From Zootoca vivipara (Eukaryota): a stretch of 64,000 nt of DNA. Both the position numbers and the translations under genes were made by a program. The stretch lies in the NCBI RefSeq assembly GCF_963506605.1, contig NC_083292.1:31558001-31622000 (forward strand). The letters are read 5' to 3'. Shown here one piece after another: positions 13,357-26,560 of this stretch. The notes under the pieces are model-generated. The model saw only the letters and a list, made by a program, of their open reading frames with translations. It did no database searches and was not told the origin of the DNA. Numbering within the stretch: position 1 is the stretch's first letter; every line of letters starts with the position of its first letter.

Positions 13357-14307
13357 ACCCTTAAATTACAGTCCCCATTATTTAAGGGAAGCCATGCTGC
13401 TTAAATGTACAGTGTGGATATGGCACCAGTCATCAGTTAACAGGATCAGGTAGCTGGCGATGGCGAGAGGGCCGTAGTTCAACAACAGGGCACCTGCTCC
13501 ACATGCAGAAGGTCCCAATAATTCAATCATTAGTGTCCCCATGTAGGGCTAAGAATTTACCCCGAATTAAACCCTACGGAGCTGCTGCCAATAAGTTTGA
13601 CATGGTAAAAGCCACACTGAATGCCATGCTATCAAGAAAGGCAGTGTGGTATAGTGATTAGAGTTGAGGTGACCTTGTGGCCTTCCAGGTGCTGATGAAC
13701 TGCAACTTCCCTGTTGCCTGTGCTGGCTGGGGCTGATGAGAGCTAGAGCCCAATGACAGCTTGAGGGCAACACATCCTTGGGTAAGAATGTCTTAATAAG
13801 GCAAGACACACCTGCTGGATCTGGCCATTGACCGATCTAGTACAGCATCCTGTTCTCACAGTGGCCAACCAGAAGCCTGTGGGGAAACTGAAAGCAGGAC
13901 ATGAGCACAACAGCACTCTGCCCACCTGCAAGGCATCTGATCTGTCAGTGTGAACAGAAGGCTGGACTTCAATGAGCCAATGGCCTGGTGCAGCAAGGTT
14001 CTTATAAGTTTGTTTGTTTGTATATCTACTACATATTTTGGACAGTTGTTTGTTGTTATGAACTGGTTGGACACAAAGGAATGGCGGGAGAAACCAGATG
14101 GAGAAGCACCAAGGGGAGAAGGCTCAGAACTTGGGGATAACAATGAGTAATAGTCCAAGGGAGAAGACTGGGAAGAGGAGGTGTCAGAAACCGAAGAGGT
14201 AACAGGGCCTAGTGAGCTGGAGAGTCTGTGTCAGAGAGAAGTCTGGAATCAGAGGCTGAAGCTGAAGCAGGAGGGTGGGGGGAGAGAAGTCAAGTGTCAA
14301 GGGTGTC

Positions 14308-14809
14308 TGTTGGGATTCTGGACAGCAAGGAGTTAAAAAAACACTCTCAGGCGTTCTTATTTCTCTGGGTGCTAGCCCACAGCTGTGCGCTGATTGCTAA
14401 TTGCCGTGTAGTCATAAATCATGCTCTAAAGAGAATGCTCTCTCTCTGTGTCTCTGTGAAGTTTGAGTTGGAGCATGAGAGCAGAAAGTTAGGTGAGAGG
14501 AGTGTTAAGAGATAAGAGTGCTGCTAAAATGCAGCTTAGTTCAGTTGGTTTAGATGTATTATGTTAAGCTTCAGTAAATAAAGTTTAAGTTAGTCTTTGA
14601 AGCTACAGTGTGCTTGTTTTCTTGAAGACACCGGCAAACTGCTATCTGGTTCCAGTTGCGCAGTAACTCTGCTAGATACAAGAAGAGGATTTTAAACTGG
14701 CACAGCGGGAACGTGGCTGGGCGTCATTGCAACTTGGCAGCGTGGGTCCACGAGTGTTTTATGACCCACTAATGAACTTTATAGCACCACGATCATAAAA
14801 ACATCAACA
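14308..14809 (+). mobile_element. Solo LTR nested in an older LTR-like element (~14054-15095)
   Basis: TGTTG...CAACA termini, 5-bp TSD GTGTC, internal AATAAA. Confidence 0.8.
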
Positions 14810-17254
14810 GTGTCTCCCACTCCTGCTGCGACAAGCTCTCTTCCTTGCCTCCCAGAACCAGAAGACGCATGAAAAGGGTGGAGATTGCTTGGAAAAAACC
14901 CTGGAGAGGAGGGGATGTAGACAGCTGTGGGGAGGTGGGGACCTTTAGTCTCAGCAACTGCTTCATGGAGGCAGGATCTACTGGAGATGAGTGGCTGTGC
15001 TCATTAGGCCTAACACTCCTGTGTAGATTGTGTTTTTGTTAATAAAGAGTTAACTCCAACTTGCAGAATGTGATTTACTGCTGCCTCGCTCTACATTTTG
15101 AACACCTCTTAAAATACCATAACCAAATTTTGCACAATGGTTCCTGAGATCAAGGAACAAGTTTTTGTCTGTGTTTGGATGGGTTTTTTAAAATCAAGAT
15201 GGCAGACTGAACCTTTTGAAACAGCACTGATTCTAACCGCAGATCACAAAATTGCACTGATCTTCTTTGGCTTCATAAACCCCAGAGCAACCCTAGGTGG
15301 AAGGCTGCTGGTGTTCTTTCATTGGCTGGAATTTGTCATTTAATTATTATGATTATTTTTTTACAAATTAAAAAGTATTTGCAGGAAGACTGTTTCTGGA
15401 CAAAGCGCCAGTGCTGCGTGAGCTGCTCTTTGTATGCCAAGCCAGCTGCAGAGTCATATAAGCTCCGTTTCCTTAAAAAAAAGAAAAAGAAATTGAAATT
15501 TGCTCAACATTGTTACAACTGCTTATTTCGCCATCAAGATGGAAACTCTCTTAGCCCTCTGTCTCTAACTGAAAAAAGCAAAGGGACAGAAGTTCCTTCT
15601 TCACTTTTTTATTATTTAGAAAATGGTTTAACCCATCACCTCCCACAAAAACCACCCAACTGGGCTGTGATGATGCAAAAGCAGAAAGGTCAGCAACCCT
15701 CCAGCCCTGCTGAAAATGACTGACAGCAAGAACCCCGTGCCACACATGACCTCTTTCTAGCACTTGAATCGTCCCTGAAAAGGAAAGTAGCAATTGCCCA
15801 GAGGGCATTTAGGCACAAGGAGGTCAAGCAGGACTCTTGTCACACACAAGCGGAGCTCTGGTACCAACAGGGGGACATCTTTCTTTGGACTGGCTATATA
15901 GATCAGTGCTCAAGTACGCACGGATAAGTTTAGCTAAGTTCTGGCACTATGGTCAGTTGTTCCCACACAACAGCATCAGAAACCTTCTGGAGAAGAGCCC
16001 TCTGCTTTGTAGGATAAGCTGACCACATCTGTTTATGCAAAGTGTTGTATCCAAGTGCTACTCAGAGAAGGCCCACTGAAATAAAAGTTTCAATGAACAG
16101 GACTTAGCTGGCTACAACCCCATGTGGCAAACCCCCATCACCAGGAATTGTAGTAGGGCGCAATCAATGGTCAGCTCAGAGCCACTCTTGAGAAGCAGCC
16201 AAACAGGCAAATGGCTTCACCTGCCCAAATCCTTACTTTAGTGAAGCAGTATGGGGAAAACACTCTCACGTCAAGTAAGGCAATACTGACTGGGCCCTGC
16301 TCGTGTTGAAGCATTGCATTTTGGGCCCACAGAAGAGCTCTGCATAACCCAGAAACATGAAAGTCTTCCAAGAGCTCTTCAGTAGGGCAACATTTCACCA
16401 ACTCTGTGTAACTAGAAATATTTGCACATTCTTATGCGCACTCACCAACTGAGCAGCCCGATAAGTGATTATTACTTAATCTATTTGTCCTTTATTATGG
16501 GGAAATGGGTTTTGTTTTGTTTGTTTTTGCGGGGAGGGGGTGGTTTGCACCAGAATTTATTTACCAAAATTTCCCTCCTTGCCCCCTCCCTATTCTTGTG
16601 CATTTAGGAATGTGTACCTGCTCAGTGATTGTAACCTCCGTGGGATTCTTAACAGATTTCCAGATCATAGCAATACTATGGCAAGGAAGTGAGCTAACAG
16701 ATCTGGAAAAACAAGAGAGAGAAATGCAAAAGCTTCAGGCATTTCCCCCTCAGCCTACCTGGATATGGCTATGTCAGTTGACATTGACAGCCATAACACA
16801 TGGCACACAGCAGAGTACACCAGACTGTGTCCAAACTGCTACCGTCTGGCTTTAACCGAGGCCTATGACCCTCTCAAGTGCCAGGTCATCCTGGCAACTT
16901 CTCTACTTGCTGCATGTTGTGCTTTTGAAGCAGCATCTCACTACTTTTAACTGCATTTTCAGCTCACAATTCATAGGTCCTTCTGCAAACTAAGCTGCCA
17001 ACACCAGCTTGGGGGGGGGGGCATCACATCGAAGCTGAGGATAGAGATGAGGCCTAGGAAAGAAGGACCTTCTGTTCCTTCTTTCTCATGACAACCCCCC
17101 AACTGCTGCACACCTGGACAAGTCATATGGCAGTTTTTCCTTTGCTTACAATCAAAACCAGACTTTTAAAAAGGCAGGAGGGCAGGATGTTCCCTCCCCT
17201 GACAGTGGCAGGCAGGCTGACCAATCCCACAGGGCAAGAGCACCAAAAGGGGAG

Positions 17255-20063
17255 CTAGATCTGGAAGCGCCCTGAGAGCAGCCCCAGCCGGTCAATGTTT
17301 TTATGCAGGACGCTGTGCAGGACGCAAAGGTATTTGCCAATGTCGGTGTCTCTGCTGAAGTCCCGGAAGAAGAGCCCTGTGCCAGAGTTGAAGGTGAACT
17401 TCTGCGGCAGCGGGCTGTTGTCGCGCATGTAGTCCCAGACGCTGAGGAGCAAGAGGTGGACCTCAAAGGGCGCCAGCTGGTCAAAAATCTCATGCATGTT
17501 GCTGAGCACGGGCGGGAGGAGGTGGCCCTCGCCCATGCAGGCCACCAGGGCGCAGGAGGCCTGCAAGTGCCAGGGGGAGCTGGTGGTGTCGTTCTCCCGC
17601 GAAGCCTCCCAGTGCGCCATCAAAGTCGCCAGGAGGCCGCGGAGAAGCACTGAGCAGTAACAGAGGGCTGGCCTCCCCGCTGCCACCAGGCTAAGCAGCT
17701 GGAAGAGCAGGGGGTTGTCGCGGAAAGCCCTCCCAATCTGGATGTCCCGCTCCACTGTGTTGCGGGTGTGCTCCTCCGGAGGCCACGCCAATTCGCTGTT
17801 GGTGATGTCAGGGCAGACGGTCTCCACCAGCACCACCGCCACCGTCTTCGCTGCCTCGGGGCTGACTGCAGCGTGCTGGGAGGGCTCCGGGCTGCAGCGC
17901 TCAGCTCCGCAGCACCGCAGCAGCAAACCCAGGAAGGTCTGGACATTGTGGGATATCTCCTCCGGCTCTCGTTGGTAGGGGGCGTGGGGCGGCTTCAGGC
18001 CCCTCCCAATCACGCCGGCATGGAACACAGACCATACACTCCCCGAGAAGTTCACTGCGGCCATAAATCGGCGGTTGATATCCAGCAGGGAGACCTTGGT
18101 GCCTTCCAGGGTGGCAGGGTCGTTCCCAACCGCAGGAGGCTCGGGCAGCCCGCCAAAGATCTCGGCGTTCCCTGGGTGCAGGGCCCCTTCCACCAGGTAC
18201 TGAAGTATGGCCTTGCCAGCGGTGGGCGAAGCCCCGCTGAGGCAGCAGAGGAGCCGGCTTCCGTAGCTGATGCCTGTGGGGGACTTGCAGCGCAGCACCA
18301 GGAAGAAGTGGTGGACGGCTGAGCGGATGAGGAAAAGGAGGTGAGCTGGCCGGATGGCCTTTGGCATGGGGCAGACGGAGAGCAGCAAGGCCGCCACCTG
18401 GGCCACCTCCGGGTTGCAGTGCAGCAGGAGCTGCCCAAAGTCATAGAGGTGCGACGCGACAGCCTGGCCCAGCTGGTGGCCCATGGAGGCGGGGCCCTCG
18501 CTCTCCCTCTGCATGATCAAGGCCAGGTTCTGGAAGAGCTGAGCCATGTGCTGCTCGGAGAGGGCGCCGGCGTGGATCTGGCACACGCACTTCTTCACGG
18601 TGGCCGGCAGCAGGTCGCTCATGCAAGAGCTGAGCACAGCGTGGAGCTGAGTGGCCAGGCTGAGCTCCTCCTGGCTCCTGGCCAGCGTCAGCAAAAAGAA
18701 GAGGGCCTCGCTGGCGCAGCTGGGGGTGCAGTAGACGGAGAGGAGGACCAGCAGCTGGTGCTGCCAGAGGAACCGCTTCCTCTCCAGCCGCAGCGTCTCC
18801 ACACACAGTTCCCGCACGTGGCCCTTCAGCTCGTCCAGGAAAGGCACCGGCCGGGGAGGGGCCTCTGCCAAGCTGGCTGAGCCCCGGTTGTACACCAGTT
18901 TCTGGAGGTTGAGCAGCAGCAGCTGGATGACACGGTCGCAAGCCTCTCGCACGCTGTCGTGGACGGCCAGGCCTGGGGTGGTGATGACAGAAGCCGGCAT
19001 GGCTGTGTTGATGAGGAACTGCAGGGTGCGGTAAGCTCCTCCCGACGTCTGGCAGATGAGGTGCACCACGATACTCACCATGTTCTCCAGATCCTCCCGA
19101 GGGAGCGAGGCAAAGTGCTGGTGCAGCTGGTTGAGCACGCCTGGCTTGAGGGAGTCCACCAGCTCGGCCGAGATGGTGCCCAGCAGAGTGGGAGACATGA
19201 CGGCCAGCTGGAGCAAGAAGGGCACGGTGGCCTTCTGCTGCTGGTCCCGCGTGGGGCCCAGGCTCCCATGGAACATCCTTAGCAGCTCCTGCTTGATGCT
19301 CTCGGAGTGGCGGGAGGCCAAGTGGCCCAGGATGCCCACCACCGAGGCGATCTTGGGGACCCTCTTGTCTGCCGCTGTGGCGCTAGGGAAGAGGAGGAGG
19401 TCAGCCGAGGCCGTGCCATGCATGCAGAAGTCCTTCAGCCCACAGGAGAGCACGCGGTTGATGATCGTGTTGGGGAAGGACGAGCCGATGTGGGCCACCA
19501 CCCAGTCGAAGTGTGGAGAGTGCTGGACCGAGGTGTCTAGCAGGGCATCCACGCAAGCGTCTGGGCAGGTGCTGATCATGGAGGAGAGGCACTGCGTGTA
19601 GATCTCCATCAGCGTCCGAGTCGCCTTGCAGGACATCCACAGCTGCAGCAGCTCATTCAGGCTGCTGGCGTGGGGCACGCCGTGCCGGCCAGCATACTTG
19701 CTGCTCAGCTGTCCCATCAGGTCGATGGACCAGGCCGAGACCAAGGCTGCCCACGCCTTGGGGTTCATGCGGACAAACTCGGACAGCACGGCCTGGATCT
19801 CTTGCACCACGTCATCCAAGTTGGGACCCTGGGAGCGGATGGAGCCCAGCCCACCCTCGCTGCTCTCCAGGTCCAGCAAGTAGGTGCACACATACTCATC
19901 AAAGACACCCCGGAGGTGGTCCAGGACGGCGCTGCGAGCAGGCGGCAGACTGCGCAGCAGCAGGATGGCACATCGGGCATGCTCCTTCAGGGTGAGTTTG
20001 TTGCCGTGCAAAGGGTCTACACCACTAAGGAAGGCCTTGATTTCCTGGGCCAGCTCTTGCGAA
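17255..20063 (-). CDS. INTS5: INTS5 (Integrator subunit 5) exon 2
   Basis: Long [20 protein letters not shown]...[10 protein letters not shown]; cctgtag acceptor ending 20064; the ORF-track start at 20095 is intronic. Confidence 0.97.
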
Positions 20064-21115
20064 CTACAGGAGGCAAAGGAAAAAGAAGGAAACATAGCAT
20101 CAATCCTGGGTCACGATCCTAAACAATATTGTTTTAAAGTGGTATGATACTGCTTTAAATATAAAGTGCAGGTGGTGGGGGCTTAATTTGCTTGCAAGGG
20201 CTTACTCTATTGCAATCTCACAACAGAAACTAGCTTTATCACCATGTGTTCCCACAGAAGCATTTCTCTCCTTTTACAATTCTCGCCCCCCACATCCAGC
20301 TTGGAAAAGTGTTGTGTTTAATTCATAAGCTCACAGTCCACTTTATGAACAATGGCTGGTGTTAATGATTGTTTTAATTTGCTTTGAAATGTGATTTGCT
20401 AAATATCTGAACTTTATGCATGTGTCATTTCACAAGAAAAACATGACCAGGGTAGGGGTGAGAGCTTCCTTTCAAAAATAATTCTGTCATTATTAGCCTT
20501 GAGTCTGATCCAGCATGTTAACATAGGAAGCTCCCTTATACAAGTCAGATCCTTGCTCCATCTAGCTCAGTACTGGTTACACTGACTGGCAGTAGCTCTC
20601 CAGGGCTTCAGGCACTTCTTCGCAGCCCTGCCTGGAGATGCTACTGGGTACGGAACCTGGTACTTTCTGCGCTCAAAGCAGATGCTCTGCCTCCAGTCCT
20701 ATTTCCCATCCCAAGTCCTATTTCCCATCTGTCACATCTGAATTTCCCAACAAGCCTTACTTGCAGAGTTGGAAGGGACCCCAAAGGTCATCTAGTCCAA
20801 CCCCCGTTGCTGTGCACAATAGTAGCAGCAACCTAACCCAAAATGCACATAAATGGTACCTATGTTTTCCCTGTGTTAACCCTCCCCGCTACCATTTCTC
20901 TTCGGATTTTAGACTGCAAGCTCTTCGAGGCAGGGACCTCTGTAAAATGACACAAGCGCGCTGTAATTATTCCTTCCCAGAGCCACCAGAGAAAGTGACC
21001 ATCACCACACCCTCTGTACAAAGATGAGGGGGCTGGGTGGTGCCAGTGTAAAGGGGGCGTCCTAGTCCCTTACAAGTGGCAGGGGAGGAGAGAGAAGAGG
21101 TAAGAGAATCAGTAC

Positions 21116-21198
21116 CTGAGCGATGGAGAAGCAGCTGCTGGTTTGGGGCTGGACCCCGGAGGCCCTGCCACCCCCGGGGGATCGCACAGAGCGGACAT
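21116..21198 (-). CDS. INTS5: INTS5 exon 1 (MSALCDPPGVAGPPGSSPKPAAASPSL)
   Basis: MSALCDPPG is the INTS5 N-terminus; 83 nt, CAG|gtact donor, in frame with exon 2 (963 aa total). Confidence 0.93.
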
Positions 21199-21953
21199 AC
21201 CGCCCAAGGGGAGAAAAGCTGCAGAAGAACCAGTCCCTTTGTCCCCCCTACTTCCCTTCTGCGCCTGCGCGCGGTTGAGCAGCGTTGAGGGAAGCATACA
21301 AACAGCGCACAGAAAGTGCCCCCTTGGAAAATTGTTCCGTGCAGGCCTGCCGTCCTTTCAGATTAGCATTCCACTTTCCGTTATAACGCTTGGCACCCAT
21401 GGAAGGCAAGCACTGTGTCACTCTTTAACTGGAGGAGTGTTCCTCAATTGCCTTGACTTGCCAGTCAGAATGGTTTTTTGCTTCTTTTACAGGGCAGTTG
21501 CCAAAACTGAGATGTATGCGTCGCCTGTTTAAAAAAAAGAAAACTTGTGGCACCTTAAAAGCTCGACAGGTGTTTTTTAATAGCATGATCTGTTTTTAGT
21601 ATTATCATTAATCATCATCATCATGAAAGTGCATGACATTCTCACCCTCCACCCTGGTTTATACCAGTCCTTTCAGATTTATGTACAAATACAAGGGAAA
21701 ACAAAAGATCAAGTACAGTAATCAATTGACCAGGAAGGAAAAGAAGCCGGCGGCAGAGTAACAAAACAGGCCCCTGACCTCAGGGGCTTACAAGCTATAA
21801 ACGGGGAAACAAATGGGGTAGGAATACATACATTTTGTTGACTTACACTACAGTATTTAAAAATAATTCTGAAAATCAAAAGGTGTGGGGGCAACTTTTC
21901 ACTCTGGCTTTGGGCTTGTAATCTGAAAAGTGTCATTATGACTTCTTTTAGAC

Positions 21954-22137
21954 CAGGGGTAGTCAACCTTTTTACCTACCGCCCACTAATGAAATTTTCT
22001 TGATGGTAAAATTTCCTTGCTGCCCACCAGTGCTTGATGGAAGGAGGATTCAGCTTGTGCCATAGATCCCCCTACTGCCTACCTAGAATCCTGAAATGCC
22101 TACTATTGGGCGGTTGGGACCAGGTTGACAACCCCTG
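21954..22137. mobile_element. hAT MITE
   Basis: TIR CAGGGGTAGTCAACC/GGTTGACAACCCCTG, 8-bp TSD TTTTAGAC. Confidence 0.85.
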
Positions 22138-22179
22138 TTTTAGACTGACCAGTGGAATACAACATATGAACATATGAAA

Positions 22180-23212
22180 AGTCCTGCTGGATCAGGTCAA
22201 ACTGCATTCAAAATCACCGTGCAGTCACAGTTTTGTTTAGGTGGTCCTGGGCTAGTGTCTCTTGAACTTGGTCTGTCAAATGGAGATACTGGATTATCTG
22301 TTTCATTATAAAAAAAATTGCAGAGATGGATCACATCCACACTATACATTTAGAGTACATGGCTCTCCCCAAAGAAATGAGGGGGAGGAAGAGGTTGGAC
22401 TAGATGACCAATTGAATTGCAAGGAGTGGAACTAGATGACTGTCAGGGTCCCCTCCAACTCCACAATTCTGTGATTCTAAGAATCCAGGGAAGTGGAGTT
22501 GGTTAAGGGCGCTGGGAACTGTAGATCCCTGACAGGGTAAATTAGTTCCCAGGATTCTTTGCACTGGGTATTTTGAATGCATCGTGTGCGCACAGCACAG
22601 GTAGACAGACGTACAGGCAGGTGGCTGCATTGTAAGGGGTCTGCAAGCCTTAGAAGGGGCTTATGGGGGTTGCACAAATGGAAAGGGGTCCTGCAAGGGA
22701 TTCGGGGACCACGGACTGGGTGGGTGAGCAGGGGCAAGGAGCAGCACGCGCACCTGTGAGGCTACCTGCGGGAAGGAGGTCTATTCCAGCAGCGACGTGG
22801 AAGCACAATGGGGGCGGGGAGACCATGTGGGGTTGGAGGGCGGGAATAAGGCGACTGTGGGAAGGCAGCGGGGGCTGAAGGGAAGCCCCGGAAGTTAAAG
22901 TGTAATTCAGGAGGAATGAAGAGTTGGTGGTCTTCGGTGGGAAGGGAGGGCACCCATTCTGAAAACAGCCCTCTTCCCCACCCCGCATAGCCGCCACCCC
23001 ACAAGTGAGCCTCGCTCTCACCTCCCCGCAGCTGCCGCCGCCATCTTGGATCCCGCTTGACTGGCCCCTCCCGCAGAGGGTTATCGGCCCCTCCCCCTCC
23101 CCACCGAGGCTTCTTATTGGATCCCGCGGTATGAGCCAGCCTCTTCGCTTTTCGAATCGGCCGGCCGGCCGCTCCGCCGCGGATCCCTCCCACTCGCTCT
23201 TGCATTATTCAT
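22180..23212 (-). repeat. Direct duplication of GANAB promoter, exon 1 and start of intron 1 (paralog of ~11470-12478)
   Basis: Near-identical sequence 22480-23212 vs 11740-12478; intact ATG exon 23044-23022 with gtgaga donor. Confidence 0.93.
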
Positions 23213-23280
23213 TACCCTGTTAACCTTTCAGGTGCCGCAAGACCCCTTTGGAGTTTTATTTGACAGACTGTACAAGTTCA

Positions 23281-23712
23281 CTGTAGTGATGTATGGAAGT
23301 GAGAGGTGGACCATAAAGAAGGCTGATCGCCGAAGAATTGATGCTTTTGAATTATGGTGCTGGAGGAGACTCTTGAGAGTCCCATGGACTACAAGAAGAT
23401 CAAACCTATCCATTCTGAAGGAAATCAGCCCTGAGTGCTCACTGGAAGGACAGATCCTGAAGCTGAGGCTCCAATACTTTGGCCACCTCATGAGAAGAAA
23501 AGACTCCATGGAAAGGACCCTGATGTTGGGAAAGATTGAGGGCACTAGGAGAAGGGGACGACAGAGGACGAGATGGTTGGACAGTGTTCTCAAAGCTACC
23601 AACATGAGTCTGACCAAACTGCAGGAGGCAGTGGAAGACAGGAGTGCCTGGCGTGCTCTGGTCCATGGGGTCATGAAGAGTCGGACACGACTAAACGACT
23701 AAACAATAACAA
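23281..23712 (+). mobile_element. RTE-BovB 3' end
   Basis: ORF ending ALVHGVMKSRTRLND plus CAA-type tail. Confidence 0.9.
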
Positions 23713-24713
23713 GTAGTTCACGGGGAGTTACTCCTGGGGATTGAGGGGGCTCCATTCTATTGATATGTCAACTATGCGCCAGCACTTGGGCTGGTGGCAA
23801 TCAATCCACATAAGCAGCTCCCAGTTTGGTAAAAAGTTGCTACACTCCCTCCCTTTCTAAAGGATAGTAAATTACAGATTACAGATTTCCTTTCTTTTTG
23901 ATCCAGAACTCCTCCTTCCAATAGCCCAGAAACCTATTGTTCCCCACCACCACTAAAAACACACAAAAAGCAAGGAAGAAATTAGAAGCCAGGAGACAGA
24001 ACTGGTTTTCTGCTATTTTATTGGGACAATATTTCAGCCCTGGAACATCTGCCCCAAATCCAATTGTACCCCAAAATTAGGCTTGGAAACAAAGCCTTCT
24101 AGATTGGTGCCAAATGCAGACTGTTTTCCAGCCTAGTTATTGCACTGGAGGATAAGAGATCTTTGAGCAGAAAATGTCCCTCCTCAGCTGCAGTCTTCAT
24201 TAAGTGCACACACACCCCAAAATGCTTTACCCTCAACAAACCCCATAGCTTGGGGGGGGAGTGAGAGAAGAAGAGTGTCAGTCAGTCAAGTTTATTGCTT
24301 ATAGCCAAAGGCTGCTGCAATAGAAGAGTGAAAGTCTGCATGTGTGCACAGTATCCATGTTATGCATTTCAGCTATAGCCCCACCCACTTTTGGTTTGAC
24401 ACCCCATCAACATGCAATCCTCAGACAGAAAAAAAATGTCCCTCAACTCCCATCAGCCCCCATCTAGATGCCAAAGGCTAGGGGATGATGGGAGTTGTAG
24501 TTCAGCAATATCTGGAGAGGCAAAGGAACTAGACAGTTGCAGCCTGTTCAGCAAACCTCTCAAGACTATGTGTGTATTTAAAGGAAATCTAGCCACATCA
24601 AGTCCATGGGGCTGAAGAGCTTCAAAGCTCAATGCTTATGACTTTCCTGGTTTTGCAGCCATAACCCCAGAGTTCTGCCAGCAGGCAATGAAAGAGAGAG
24701 AGGAGACTGAGAT

Positions 24714-24868
24714 TTAAGACTGTAAAGGAAGATCTGAGCTCCCCGGTTCTGCTGCAGGCTCCACTTCTGCCATCTCTACATCTGGGCCAGCTGTTTTCTC
24801 CCCATTCTTCTTCTTCTTCTGCCGCTTGCCACTCTGGGCATTTTTATTTGGACCTGCAGAAAGGTCAA
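24714..24868 (-). CDS. C11orf98: C11orf98 last coding exon (VDLSAGP...KRQKKKK...DVEMAEV...LQS*)
   Basis: Polypyrimidine plus cgcag acceptor, phase consistent, KRQKK and DVEM motifs; AATAAA on minus strand at 24291-24296 and 24017-24022. Confidence 0.88.
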
Positions 24869-25995
24869 CTGCGATAAGGAGAGAGAAAAGGAACTTTAAA
24901 AACAGTAGCTCAGTGGTACAGCAACTGCCATTAAAGCAATTTAAAAACACAAACCCCAGTTTCTAAAAGCTGTAATTTCTAAAAACAATATCAATAAACA
25001 GACAATCAATTTTCATACATGACTGTAACACCTATCAAGGGAAGCCTCCTTGAACAAAACATGTCTTCAATGGGTACCCCAAAAAATGACATCAAGTGCC
25101 CACCTGATTTCAGCCAATCATTTCTATCCAGAGGGCTGGAGCTACAACACCAAAAGCTAAGTGCACCTGTGAGAACAATGTACTCCTCTGAGCAGTCCCC
25201 CATTTGAGCAGCAAAATTGCCTGCTCTCTGGATCAACAAAGGTAGGAGTGGAGGAACGGTGGCCTTCTAGTTATTACTGGACTGCCACTCCAATCACCCA
25301 TGACTGTTGGCCATACTTGTTGGGGCTGATGGGGATTGGAGCCCCATTCCTATTTTACACCTCTGTCAGTGCCTTTCATATGTAAACCCAGATTGGCTGG
25401 GACATGTGTCAAGGACTGGGGTGCAAAGTCTGTGGCACTCTGGACATCACTAGTCTCCAACTCTCATCACCCCTAATGTTTTGGGCCATGATATCTAGAA
25501 CTGATGGGAGTTGGGGGGAGGGCGCGGCGGCAATGAGATCCCTGTTAAAAAGAGGCTTCATATATTCATAACTAATCAGGCTGTAGCAGAGAACCAATTT
25601 TACACATCCCACAAAACCAAATACTGACTAAAGCTCTTCTTTGACAGCACCACTTCAGAGTGAAAGTGGGGCTCCCATCTGCCTTACCCTCACCCCCTGG
25701 AAATAAAACATAATAATTCCTGCATGCAGAAAACCAGCATGCCCAGAAAGTGGACTCGGCTTAACCTTTTTCTACTACACAGGGACAGGGTCATTCAAAT
25801 ATGCAAGCACCCCTTCCAGAACCTAAAGTGGCAAAATCCAAGAAAAGTCCCACCCATGACATCTGCTGAATGCATAAAATGGTCCATGGCCCCTAAGCGT
25901 TTCAGTATTTAAAATACTGATTTAAGGCTTCCCTGCTTAAGGGACCAGGGTAGGGGGTGGGGGAGGACTGATGAACTGGCCCTAAAAATGCTTAC

Positions 25996-26093
25996 CCTGC
26001 ATTTCTGTCTTCTCCTTTGTGGAATGGCGAATTTGCTTCAGCAGTTTCCTTTTCTTTTTCCCAGAGAGGGTAATGTTCGCTCGGGAGCTAGAA
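25996..26093 (-). CDS. C11orf98: C11orf98 exon 3 (SSSRANITLSGKKKRKLLKQIRHSTKEKTEMQ)
   Basis: RANITLSGKK.RKLL.QIR motif; gtaagc donor. Confidence 0.93.
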
Positions 26094-26435
26094 CTGGAGG
26101 AGGAAATGGCAGGGAGCTGATGATGCGCAAAGAGGAGAAGTTTGGGTTTTTGAACCACGCATTGCTGGATTGCAATGTGCTTTAAAATGCACGGCATGGA
26201 TGTGACCCCCAGCAAAATCCACTTTTCTTGCAAGTATGACAGAAAAAAAGCCAAGCAATCCAGCTCACACTCTTCCTACTTCTCTAGATTCTATTCCCCA
26301 TGCCCATCTCAAGGCTGGGAGCAGTACTGGGCCACTGCCTTCCTACAAATTATCCTAGTGACCACACTCTGATTTCTTCCTTGGTTTCTCAGTGGGTGAA
26401 CTCTCCCAGAGCTTCCAAAGCTAAGCATAACTCAC

Positions 26436-26560
26436 CTACGTTTCTTTAGGTGATGAATGGTGATGAGCCCCTCATCCACCACAGCACCTACAATCCGGTG
26501 CTTCTTCCTCTTCTGCTTGCTAAGGACACGGCGCCTTTTGAAAAGGTTTTTCTGTAGCTC
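26436..26560 (-). CDS. C11orf98: C11orf98 exon 2 ([41 protein letters not shown])
   Basis: AG/GT bounded; conserved LFKRRRVL and VGAV.D.GLIT.HHLKKR. Confidence 0.93.

Noticed and set aside
20064-20095. ORF-track start [10 protein letters not shown] for INTS5
   Set aside because: Intronic polypyrimidine tract; true N-terminus is exon 21198-21116
17303-20147. Many overlapping + strand and alternate-frame ORFs over INTS5
   Set aside because: Shadow ORFs of a GC-rich coding exon
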